Below, piece after piece: positions 1-8,284 of a stretch of 64,000 bases of DNA (position 1 is the first letter of the stretch; each line of letters opens with the position of its first letter). The position numbers and the translations under genes are program-made. Source of the DNA: Dehalococcoidia bacterium (GTDB lineage Bacteria; Chloroflexota; Dehalococcoidia; UBA2979); assembly GCA_964291495.2 (NCBI GenBank), contig OZ219871.1, positions 416,001 to 480,000 of the forward strand, read 5' to 3'. The notes below the pieces were generated by a model that saw only the letters and a program-made list of their open reading frames with translations, did not search any database and was not told the DNA's origin.

Positions 1-1
1 C

Positions 2-199
2 AGCGATTTGCTTGGCTCCGGCCTACGGTCTTGCGAGACGACGCTCGAACTCCCGAAGCCCGGCAACGCTGGGCTGCTGCCCCCGCCACCACAGCCCGCC
101 GGCGCCCTCCCGCAACTCGCACTCCTCGCGCTGCTGGTCGCAGCCTGCGCCGGCGTCCGCCGCGCCGTCCGAGGCGCCGCCGGCGCTCCGCCGCCGTAG
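2..199 (+). CDS. 3' end of a surface protein (partial), with an LPxTG-like sorting signal; possibly an LRR protein
   Basis: The frame is open from the window edge: SDLLGSGLRSC (resembles the LRR C-caps SDAAELGLPIC and SDLDHLGLPYC of 50055-53135), then LPKPGNAG, a Pro spacer, hydrophobic LALLALLVAACAGV and basic RRAVR, ending at TAG 197-199. Confidence 0.55.
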   Translation, partial: SDLLGSGLRSCETTLELPKPGNAGLLPPPPQPAGALPQLALLALLVAACAGVRRAVRGAAGAPPP

Positions 200-292
200 T
201 CAGCCCCGCGCACCGCTGCTAGCCTCCGCCACGCGCGAGGCGGCCCCGCGAGCGGCCGCCCTCGCCAGCTCGCGACGCGAAGGAGGCGCATC

Positions 293-1228
293 ATCACCAT
301 CGCAACCGAAACCACCACCCCCGACGAGCTGCAGGCGATCTTCGACGCGGTCTCCAACTGGGGCCGCTGGGGCCCCGAGGACGAGCGAGGCGCGCTCAAC
401 CTGATCACCGCCGAGAAGCGCGCCGCCGCGACCTCCCTCGTGCAGGAGGGCGTCACCGTCAGCTGCGCGCTGGAGCTCGCGAAGCACCCGCACGCCGACA
501 ACCCGACGCCCGTGCGGCACACGATGCTCGTCGCCGGCGACATCACCCGGCCTCAGAACCTGCAAGGGTCGAGCGACTACTTCTCGATCGCGCCGCACGG
601 CGTCGCGAACACGCACCTCGACGCGCTGTGCCACATCTTTCGCGACGGCAAGATGTACAACGGCTTCGACCAGGCCGAGGTCACCAGCGTGGGCGCGCGG
701 CGCAACAGCATCATGGCCGGCCGGGACGGCGTCGTCAGCCGCGGCGTGCTGCTCGACATCCCCGCCCTGCACGGCGTGCCCTACCTCGAACTCGGCACGC
801 GCATCACCGTCGAGGACCTCGAGGCCGCCGAGGCGCGCCAGGGCGTGACCGTCTCCGAGGGCGACATCCTGCTGATCTGCATCGGACGCGACGCCCGCCG
901 CGAGGAGCACGGCTACTGGACGTCCGGCATCGACGGCATCGCCGGGCTCTCGGTGACGTGCGCGCCCTGGATTCGCGACCGCGGCGTCGCCGTCGTCGGC
1001 TGCGACGGGATCACGGACGCGATGCCGCACCAGATCGAGGGCTGGGACACGCCGATGCACCAGGTGCTGATCGTCTCGATGGGCATCCACCTGATCGACA
1101 ACATGCAGCTCGGCCGCCTCGCCGCGGCCTGCGAGGAGCGGGGCCGCTGGGAGTTCCTGCTCACCCTCGCCCCGTTACGCCTCGACCAAGGCACCGCCTC
1201 CCCCGTCAACCCGATCGCGATGTTCTAG
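293..1228 (+). CDS. Cyclase/kynurenine formamidase-family metal-dependent hydrolase
   Basis: Motifs NWGRWG..DERGALNLIT, HGxxxTHLDALCH, SRGVLLDIP and GTASPVNPIA. The conserved N-terminus lies upstream of the track start (440). The start is placed at ATC 293, after AGGAGG 281-286, and is uncertain. Confidence 0.85.
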   Translation: MTIATETTTPDELQAIFDAVSNWGRWGPEDERGALNLITAEKRAAATSLVQEGVTVSCALELAKHPHADNPTPVRHTMLVAGDITRPQNLQGSSDYFSIAPHGVANTHLDALCHIFRDGKMYNGFDQAEVTSVGARRNSIMAGRDGVVSRGVLLDIPALHGVPYLELGTRITVEDLEAAEARQGVTVSEGDILLICIGRDARREEHGYWTSGIDGIAGLSVTCAPWIRDRGVAVVGCDGITDAMPHQIEGWDTPMHQVLIVSMGIHLIDNMQLGRLAAACEERGRWEFLLTLAPLRLDQGTASPVNPIAMF

Positions 1229-1264
1229 CCGTAGCTGGAGCGTTTCCGCTCCCTCTCCCCTGGA

Positions 1265-1476
1265 GAGACCTTCGCGTAACCCCCTTCGGGGCAGCGAGCG
1301 CATCCCCTCCGATCCCCTCTCCCCGAGGGAGAGGGTTAGGGTGAGGGAGGATCCGCCCGCTGAGTTTCGTTGCGCCATCGGGGCTTTCGAAGGGGCGCGG
1401 GAGTCCTCCCCTTACCCCCGCCCTCTCCCCAGGGAGAGGGGGCCGGATCAGGCTTGTGGGAGTTCGCAGAGGCCTC
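1265..1476. mobile_element. MITE-like non-autonomous element (copy 1) with internal REP hairpins
   Basis: Imperfect terminal IRs GAGACCTTCGCGTAACCCC ... GGGAGTTCGCAGAGGCCTC. Two internal CCCTCTCCC-GGGAGAGGG hairpins. Colinear homolog at 25545-25760. Confidence 0.65.
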
Positions 1477-1511
1477 GCGGGGAGAGGGGACCGGAGGGTA
1501 CCCTCCCGCCC

Positions 1512-2726
1512 CTACCCCCGCGGCAGGCCGAGGCCGCGCGTGGCGATGATGTTGCGCTGGATCTCGGAGGTGCCCGCGCCGATCGTGTGCGGGATCGTCG
1601 TCAGGTAGCGCTGCGTGAAGTCGGCGCGCGCCGGCGAGCGCTCGTCCTCCGGATCCCAGAGGTTCGAGTAGAGCCCGAACGCGCGCATGCCCGTGCGCGA
1701 GATCGCCTGCAGCGTCTCGCTGATACGCAGCTTGCCCATCGAGGCCTCGTAGTTCGGGATCAGCCCCACGGCCTGCATCGAGATCACGCGCAGCGAGAAG
1801 TTCTCGCAGACCGCCGTGTCGATCGCGCGGTCGGCGATCTCGGCGCGGACGGTCGGCAGGCCGCGCACCGAGCCCGGCGCGCGGGGCTCTTGCACCTCGC
1901 CGAGCAGCTGGTTGAACTGGCGGCGCACGTTCGTCGCCTGGCGCACGCCGGAGCGCTCGAAGTCGAGCAGCGTCATGGCGACGTACCAGCCGCGGTTGAC
2001 GTCGCCCACGACGTTGGTGGCGGGGACGCGCACGTCCTCGAAGAAGACCTCGTTGAAGCCGTGCTCCCAGGCCATGTTGACGAGCGGGCGGACGCTGACG
2101 CCCTCGGCGGTCATGTCGTCGATCAGCAGGAAGCTGATCCCGCGGTGCTTGGGCGCGTCCGGGTCCGTGCGCACCATCGCGAAGATCGCGTCCGCGTGGT
2201 GGCCGTTCGTGGTCCAGATCTTCTGCCCGTTCACCACGTACTCGTCGCCGTCGAGGACGGCGCGCGTCTGCACCGAGGCGAGGTCGGAGCCCGCGCCCGG
2301 CTCCGAGTAGCCCTGGCACCAGACCATCTCGCCGCCGAGGATGCGCGGCAGGTAGGCGCTCTTCTGCGCGTCGCTGCCATGCACGACGAGCGTGGGCGTC
2401 AGCATCTCGACGGAGTGCGAGCTGCCGACGACTGGCGCGCTGACGCGCGCCATCTCCTGGTTGTAGATGAACTGCTCCCACTTGGAGAGGCCGCCCCCGC
2501 CGTACTCGGTAGGAATGTGCGGGGCGACCCAGCCGCGCTCGCCGAGGGCCAGCGCCCACTCGCGGGCGGCCTCGCGGCGCTCCGGCTCAGGCGCCTTGCG
2601 GTCGGCGACCCACTCGTCGGGCGCGCCGGGCGGGCGATCGCGGTAGTGCCTCGGAAGGCGCGCTTCGATGAAGCCGCGCACCTCGCTCCGGAACGCGGCC
2701 TGCTCGGGGCTGTCTTGCCACTCCAT
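1512..2726 (-). CDS. Acyl-CoA dehydrogenase family protein
   Basis: WCQGYSEPGAGSDLAS, NGQKIWTT, FNEVFFEDVRVP, TIGAGTSEIQRNIIA. Confidence 0.95.
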   Translation of the reverse strand: MEWQDSPEQAAFRSEVRGFIEARLPRHYRDRPPGAPDEWVADRKAPEPERREAAREWALALGERGWVAPHIPTEYGGGGLSKWEQFIYNQEMARVSAPVVGSSHSVEMLTPTLVVHGSDAQKSAYLPRILGGEMVWCQGYSEPGAGSDLASVQTRAVLDGDEYVVNGQKIWTTNGHHADAIFAMVRTDPDAPKHRGISFLLIDDMTAEGVSVRPLVNMAWEHGFNEVFFEDVRVPATNVVGDVNRGWYVAMTLLDFERSGVRQATNVRRQFNQLLGEVQEPRAPGSVRGLPTVRAEIADRAIDTAVCENFSLRVISMQAVGLIPNYEASMGKLRISETLQAISRTGMRAFGLYSNLWDPEDERSPARADFTQRYLTTIPHTIGAGTSEIQRNIIATRGLGLPRG

Positions 2727-2782
2727 GGACGTCCTCCTGCGCGGCTAGGGTAGCCGAAACGCGCGAGGGCCGACGCGCCCCT

Positions 2783-3649
2783 TCAGGCGTGAGGCTCGGG
2801 AGTCGCGACCGGCTCCCAGGCGTAGCCCGTCTCGACCCGCCGGACCCGCCCGAGCGTAGGGATGCCGAAGTGGCCGCCCGTCACGAGGGCGTCCCGCGCG
2901 ATCGCCAGCTCGGCGACCTTGCGGCGCGACCGCTCGGCCTCGGCGGGGTCGTGCTCGAGGAAGGTGCGCCACTCCGGCCGCACGACGTGGGCCGGGTGGT
3001 AGGCGACGTCGCCCGTGATCAGCAGGCGCTCGCCACCCGAGGAGAGGAGCAGCGAGCAGTGGCCGGGCGTGTGGCCGGGCGTCGGCACCATCGTCAGCGA
3101 GGGCGAGACTGTCGCCTCACCGTCGACGGGCTCGATGCGATCGGCCTCGTGCGCGGGCAGCACACAGCGCCGCACGAACTCGAGGCGCTGCGGGTCCGCC
3201 TCGGGGCCGAGCCAGTGGTCGAGCTCGGTCCGCGAGACATAGACCGTGGCGTTGGGGAAGGTGAGCGCGTTGTCGCGGTCCTCGTCGATCAGCCAGCCGA
3301 CGTGGTCCGGGTGCAAGTGCGTCTGCACGACGGCGTCGATTTCCTCGAGGGCGACGCCCAGCTCGGCGATGCGCTCGAGCAGCTCGCCGCAGCCCGGTGT
3401 GCCGAGCGTGCGCCCGAAGACGCCGTAGCCGGCGTCGACGAGCGTGGTGCGGCCGTCGCCGCGGATCAGGAAGCTGCCGAGGTTGAACGGGACCGGGTCG
3501 CTCGGGCTCGTGATCCCGACCTCGCGCATCCACTCGGCCGGGTCGGTGCCCGGGAGGTGCCGCTGGAAGTCTGTGACGTCGGGCGCGCTGTCGCTGATCG
3601 CGGCGACCTCGAGCGAGCCGATGCGAACGGTCTCGCTGAGCCTCGACAT
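2783..3649 (-). CDS. MBL-fold metallo-hydrolase (lactonase/YtnP-like)
   Basis: THLHPDHVG, TPGHTPGH, LITGD, GGHF. Start set at MSRLSE (3649). Confidence 0.9.
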   Translation of the reverse strand: MSRLSETVRIGSLEVAAISDSAPDVTDFQRHLPGTDPAEWMREVGITSPSDPVPFNLGSFLIRGDGRTTLVDAGYGVFGRTLGTPGCGELLERIAELGVALEEIDAVVQTHLHPDHVGWLIDEDRDNALTFPNATVYVSRTELDHWLGPEADPQRLEFVRRCVLPAHEADRIEPVDGEATVSPSLTMVPTPGHTPGHCSLLLSSGGERLLITGDVAYHPAHVVRPEWRTFLEHDPAEAERSRRKVAELAIARDALVTGGHFGIPTLGRVRRVETGYAWEPVATPEPHA

Positions 3650-3660
3650 GGGCGGGCGCG

Positions 3661-4491
3661 CTACCCCAGCTCGGCGGCGATGCGCTCGCCCGCCTCGAAG
3701 TCGTCGAGGATCTGCTGGTAGTAGGCCTCGACGGTGGGACGGGTGTGCGGGTGGCTGAAGATGTAGAGCCGGTTCTCGCGCACTGCGGCGAGCACGCGCC
3801 TCGCGACGTCGTCCACGGTCATCGGGTTGGGTTCGCGGGGTACGGGCCGCGGCTGCTCCGGGTAGGGGCCGCCGAAGCGCTCCTGCCGGTTGCGGCCGGA
3901 GTCGCGCATGTTCGTGAGCATCCCGCCCGGGCACCAGCAGGAGACGACGATGCCCTCGGGAGCCAGCTCGTCGTGGAGCACGGCGCTTACGCCGACGAGG
4001 CCGTGCTTGATCGAGGTGTAGATGCCGTTCACGTTCGGCCGCGCCACGAGGCCGGAGACCGAGGCGGTGTTGATGATGTGCCCCGGCCCCTCCTGCTCGC
4101 GCATGCGCGGCACGAAGGCGTAGATGCCGTACATCGGCCCCATCAGGTCGACCGAGGTGAGCCAGTCCCAGTCCTCGTCGGGGGCCTCGGCGATCGGGTT
4201 GCGCTTGCTGACGCCGGCGTTGTTGAAGAGCAGGTTGACCTCGCCGAACTCCTCATAGGCGCGGGCCGCGAGGGCCTCGACGGCGGCGCGGTCGCTCACG
4301 TCGGTCTGCACGGCGATCGAGGCCGCCCCCGCCTCGCGCACCTCGGCAGCCACTTCCCCCGCTGGCCCGGCCTCGATATCGGCGATGACGACGCCACGCG
4401 CCCCCTGGCGCGCGCACTCGAGGGCAATGGCGCGGCCGACGCCGCTGCCCCCGCCGGTGATCACGGCGACGCTGCTAGCGATGTCGGTCAT
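3661..4491 (-). CDS. SDR family NAD(P)-dependent oxidoreductase
   Basis: TGGGSGVG, NNAGV, NTAS, YTSIK (YxxxK). The ATG at 4491 overlaps the upstream stop (ATGA). Confidence 0.93.
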   Translation of the reverse strand: MTDIASSVAVITGGGSGVGRAIALECARQGARGVVIADIEAGPAGEVAAEVREAGAASIAVQTDVSDRAAVEALAARAYEEFGEVNLLFNNAGVSKRNPIAEAPDEDWDWLTSVDLMGPMYGIYAFVPRMREQEGPGHIINTASVSGLVARPNVNGIYTSIKHGLVGVSAVLHDELAPEGIVVSCWCPGGMLTNMRDSGRNRQERFGGPYPEQPRPVPREPNPMTVDDVARRVLAAVRENRLYIFSHPHTRPTVEAYYQQILDDFEAGERIAAELG

Positions 4492-5858
4492 CCTGCGATC
4501 CCTTCCGCCACCGCCCCGGCGGCGATCTCCCGTCCGTCCCACTGATACTTACCCAAGTCGACGCGGCCGTCGTCGCTGACAAGCACGCCCTCCTCGCGGA
4601 GACGCTCGCCCTGATCGCCTCGCGAGTCCGGAGCGCTCAGCTGTCCCTCCGCGTTGATCACGCGGTGCCACGGCACGTCGGTGTCGTCGGGAAGGGCGAG
4701 CATGGCGCCTCCGACCGCCTGTGCCGCATCCGGCGATTCCAGGGCGTCGGCGATCCGCGCGTAGGTCACGACCTGGCCCTTAGGCACTCTCCGGACGTAC
4801 GCCCACACCCGCTCCCAGAAGTTCCCGCTCGGCGACGCGGGATTCCAGTGCTCCAGCGCAGTCTTGACGAACCGCACGAGCCCGGCTCGCCGCTCGCCCC
4901 ACTCCTCCGCGTTGTTGATCCAGAGGGCGTAATCCCTACCATTGTCTTCCGCGCGCCATCTGCACTGGACTGCCTCGGTCCTGAGCGAGTCGAGCGCGTC
5001 CGGGCTGTAGTACGACTCCGGGTACCACCTGACCACCAACCCCGCCTTCTCTTCGACCCAGAGGTGACAGAAGCGACGACGGCCGTTGCCCGCGCGCAAG
5101 CTATAGCTGATTCCCCAGGATCCGTGATTCTGCGCGGAGTCGGGGAGGGATGTCCGTAGCGCCTTGTCAACGTCCTCGAAGAGTTCGGCCAATCCTCGCT
5201 CGACCAGTCTCTCCTGGAGCTCAAGGCGGCGCTCGGCGGCGCTCCGGTAGGTCCGCCGCCCGGTGCGCGCGACCGCGTCCCGTTCGACTTCCACCTGACG
5301 GGCGAGCAATGTCTCGCCGCTGTGCTCGAAGCCGTGGAAGGTGAGCACCGAAATGTCGATGCCGCCCTTTGAGAGGAACCTCGCCATCCGTTCCGCTCGC
5401 TCGTCGGCACCGAGCCCCACAAGCGTGAGTCGCGGCGGCAGGAGGTCGTCGAGTTCGTTTTCGGCGAATCGATCCTGGTACCACTGCTCGAAGCCATCGA
5501 TCTTCTCGATGCCCTCGCTCCCGGAGTGCTCGGTGATGAACTCTGCCAGCTCCTTTGGCGTCATCTCGTCCAGCGCCGAGGCGTAGTCGATGCACTGCGT
5601 CACGGCTTCGCGGGTCAGCTTCTCCCGCTTCAACTCGAACACGACCAGCCGCCCGCCCTGATCGACGCCGAGCAGGTCCAGCGGGCCGCCTTCTGTTGGC
5701 GTCTGTCGCCCGACAAGATGAAGCCCGTTCTCCAGCATCTCGGGGCGGCTGACCAAGGTCGCTTCGAGAATGTCCTCGAGCTTCACGCCCGTCACGCTCT
5801 CAACGGCCTCGACTTCGTTGCCGTCGCGCAGGGCCCAGATCTTGAGTTCATCCGTCAT
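4488..5858 (-). CDS. NucS/EndoMS-like (DUF91) PD-(D/E)XK endonuclease fused to a C-terminal alkyltransferase-like (ATL/MGMT-fold) domain
   Basis: N-terminus: LEDILE..GRQ..GPLDLLGVD..LVVFELK..AVTQCIDY. C-terminus: FWERVWAYVRRVPKGQVVTYARIA..AVGGAM..VPWHRVINAEG..LREEGV. Confidence 0.85.
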   Translation of the reverse strand: MTDELKIWALRDGNEVEAVESVTGVKLEDILEATLVSRPEMLENGLHLVGRQTPTEGGPLDLLGVDQGGRLVVFELKREKLTREAVTQCIDYASALDEMTPKELAEFITEHSGSEGIEKIDGFEQWYQDRFAENELDDLLPPRLTLVGLGADERAERMARFLSKGGIDISVLTFHGFEHSGETLLARQVEVERDAVARTGRRTYRSAAERRLELQERLVERGLAELFEDVDKALRTSLPDSAQNHGSWGISYSLRAGNGRRRFCHLWVEEKAGLVVRWYPESYYSPDALDSLRTEAVQCRWRAEDNGRDYALWINNAEEWGERRAGLVRFVKTALEHWNPASPSGNFWERVWAYVRRVPKGQVVTYARIADALESPDAAQAVGGAMLALPDDTDVPWHRVINAEGQLSAPDSRGDQGERLREEGVLVSDDGRVDLGKYQWDGREIAAGAVAEGIAG

Positions 5859-5870
5859 CTCTTCGCCCCA

Positions 5871-6866
5871 TCACTTGCCGGACAGCGCCAGACGCTCAAC
5901 CTCGGCGACGAACTCGTCGACGCCGATCGAGCCGGGCTCGATGCCGTTGCGGACGCAGTGGTTGGCTGCCTGCTGGAGGGCGCGGTTCCACGGCGTGGGG
6001 ACGCCGTGGAGCGCGCCGATCAATACGATCTCGCCGTTGACGTAGTCCGTCTCCACGCTGCGGTTGCCCCGTTGCACTCCCTGCCAGACAGAGCTGGTGA
6101 ACTCGCCGTGGCCGGGGATCTCGCCCCACTCGAAGCCGGGCGCACGCCCGGCCGCCGCCGACTCCTCGCGTGAGGCGTAGTCGATGCCTGCGGCGTCGAA
6201 GACCGCCTCCGTCTCCGCCTCGAGGCGCGCGCGCAGCGCGGCGGTGTCCGCGCCGGGGCCGAAGACGGCGGGGAAGGCGGCTCCGAGGTTGCGGATCAGC
6301 TTGTGGTACTTCCAGCGCATCACCTGCGCCTCGACCTCGCCGCGGAAGCCGGCGGCTGTCAGGTCGGCGGCGATGGAGCGCACGAGGTTGTCGGCGCCCT
6401 CGGGGTAGCGGCCCATGACCAGCGTGCCGCCGCCGCTCTTGTCGTAGCTGAGCACCAGGCCGGGCTCGACGAAGGAGGTGGCGACGAGCACCTCGACGGC
6501 GTAGACGCGCTCGAAGCGGCGCAGCGCCATGCGCTCGTTCTCGATGCCGTTCTGGGTGCAGACCACGGGCAGGTCGGCCCCGCCGGCCAGGCGCAGCTCG
6601 TCGAGGGCGTCCGTGCAGTCCTGCGATCGCATCGTGAGGAAGACGACGTCGTCCTCCCAGAAGTCGACCTCATGCGGGCTGGCGACGGCGGGGATGCGCA
6701 GCTCGAGCGTGTCGGCGGGCGTCTTGACCGTGAGCCCGCGCTTGCGGATGGCGTCGAGGTGCGGGCCGCGCGCGATCAGGACCACCTCGCGACCGCTGGC
6801 GAAGAGCCGCGCGCCGATGGTGCAGCCGATGCCGCCGGCGCCGTAGATCACGTAGCGGTTGGGCAT
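5871..6866 (-). CDS. Ketopantoate reductase (PanE/ApbA) family oxidoreductase
   Basis: IYGAGGIG, ARGPHL, QNG, WKYHKL, SSVWQ..ETDYVNGEIV. SD GGAGG before ATG 6866. Confidence 0.88.
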   Translation of the reverse strand: MPNRYVIYGAGGIGCTIGARLFASGREVVLIARGPHLDAIRKRGLTVKTPADTLELRIPAVASPHEVDFWEDDVVFLTMRSQDCTDALDELRLAGGADLPVVCTQNGIENERMALRRFERVYAVEVLVATSFVEPGLVLSYDKSGGGTLVMGRYPEGADNLVRSIAADLTAAGFRGEVEAQVMRWKYHKLIRNLGAAFPAVFGPGADTAALRARLEAETEAVFDAAGIDYASREESAAAGRAPGFEWGEIPGHGEFTSSVWQGVQRGNRSVETDYVNGEIVLIGALHGVPTPWNRALQQAANHCVRNGIEPGSIGVDEFVAEVERLALSGK

Positions 6867-7009
6867 GCGTCCTCCCTCGGGCATTGGTAGGCGACGGCGC
6901 GGCGCTTGTCCAGCCTGCGCAGCGCGCGCCGGGGCGCGGATCGCGTCGCCACGACGCGCCGCGTGCTGTAGAGTGCGGCGCGGCAAACACACAGGGAAGG
7001 ACGGCACTC

Positions 7010-8254
7010 TTGACTAAAGGCTCAGGCTTGCTTCGAGGCAAGTACGCAGTCGTCGGCGTTGGCGAGACCGAGTACTCGCGCAACTCCGGGCGCACCACGC
7101 GGCAGATGGGCGTGGAGGCGGTGAAGAAGGCGATCGACGACTCCGGCCTCGACTACAACAGCACCAGTTGGGGCACGACCTGCTACCAGGTCGGCGACGC
7201 AGCCGGCTCGGAGATTGTCTTCTCCGACCTCGGCGTGCGGTTGGACTACCAGGTGGACACCTGGGGCGGCGGGTCGTCCTCGGAGACGCTGATCGGGCTT
7301 GCGATCGGTGCGCTCGAGGCCGGGCTCTGTGACGCGATGGTCGTCTACCGGACGATGAACGGCTTCACGGAGATGCGCATCGGCGGCACGCCCGTGGGCG
7401 CGCCGGCGGGGCCGCCCCCGTTCATGACGCGCCACGGCGACCACACGATGCACAGCCGCATCTACGGCATCGCCAGCGCGCTGCAGAACTTCGGGCTGAG
7501 CTTCGTGCGCCACATGTACGAGTACGGCACCACGCCCGAGCAGCTCGCGCACGTCAAGGTGGCGCACAGCAAGGGCGCCTCCAACAACCCGAAGGCGTAC
7601 TACAAGCAGCGCCTCACCGTCGACGACGTGCTCAACTCCCGCTACATCGTCGAGCCGTTCCACCTGCTCGACTGCTGCGTGGAGACGGACAACGCGACGG
7701 CGATCGTGATCACCAACACGGAGCGGGCGCGCGACCTGCCGAGGCCGAACGTCGCGATCCTCGGAACGGGCGGGCGCACCCACAAGTGGGCGCCCGATTA
7801 CCACTGGGGCCACGGGCCGATCAACCAGGTGGGCGGCATCTACACGAAGGACGTGGTCTTCCCCAACGCCGGCATCGGGCCGGAGGACGTGGACATCACC
7901 GGCTCCTACGACGCCTTCACCTTCACGACGCTGCTGCAGCTGGAGGCCTACGGCTTCTGCCCGATCGGCGAAGGCGGCAACTACGTCTCCGACGGCACCA
8001 TCGAGCTCGGCGGCAAGCGGCCCAACAACCCCTCCGGCGGCCACCTCTGCGAGGGCTACACGCACGGGATGAACATGGTCATCGAGAACGTGCGCCAGCT
8101 CCGCGGCGAGGTCGACGACTACTGCGAGGGCGATCACAGCTACGACTACAGCGAGGGCGCCTGCCGCCAGGTGCGCGATCCGGAGATCACGATGAACCTC
8201 GGCTGGGCCCAGCCGCCGACCGGTTCGTCGCTGGTCATGACGAACCAGGTCTAG
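7010..8254 (+). CDS. Thiolase-fold lipid-transfer-protein/Ltp2-like aldolase
   Basis: AVVGVGET, PFHLLDCCVETD, SYDAFT, NPSGGHLCEGYTHG. No thiolase catalytic Cys. TTG start 7010 after GGAAGG. Confidence 0.88.
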   Translation: MTKGSGLLRGKYAVVGVGETEYSRNSGRTTRQMGVEAVKKAIDDSGLDYNSTSWGTTCYQVGDAAGSEIVFSDLGVRLDYQVDTWGGGSSSETLIGLAIGALEAGLCDAMVVYRTMNGFTEMRIGGTPVGAPAGPPPFMTRHGDHTMHSRIYGIASALQNFGLSFVRHMYEYGTTPEQLAHVKVAHSKGASNNPKAYYKQRLTVDDVLNSRYIVEPFHLLDCCVETDNATAIVITNTERARDLPRPNVAILGTGGRTHKWAPDYHWGHGPINQVGGIYTKDVVFPNAGIGPEDVDITGSYDAFTFTTLLQLEAYGFCPIGEGGNYVSDGTIELGGKRPNNPSGGHLCEGYTHGMNMVIENVRQLRGEVDDYCEGDHSYDYSEGACRQVRDPEITMNLGWAQPPTGSSLVMTNQV

Positions 8255-8284
8255 GCGACCGGCCAGCGAAGAGGAGCAATATCA

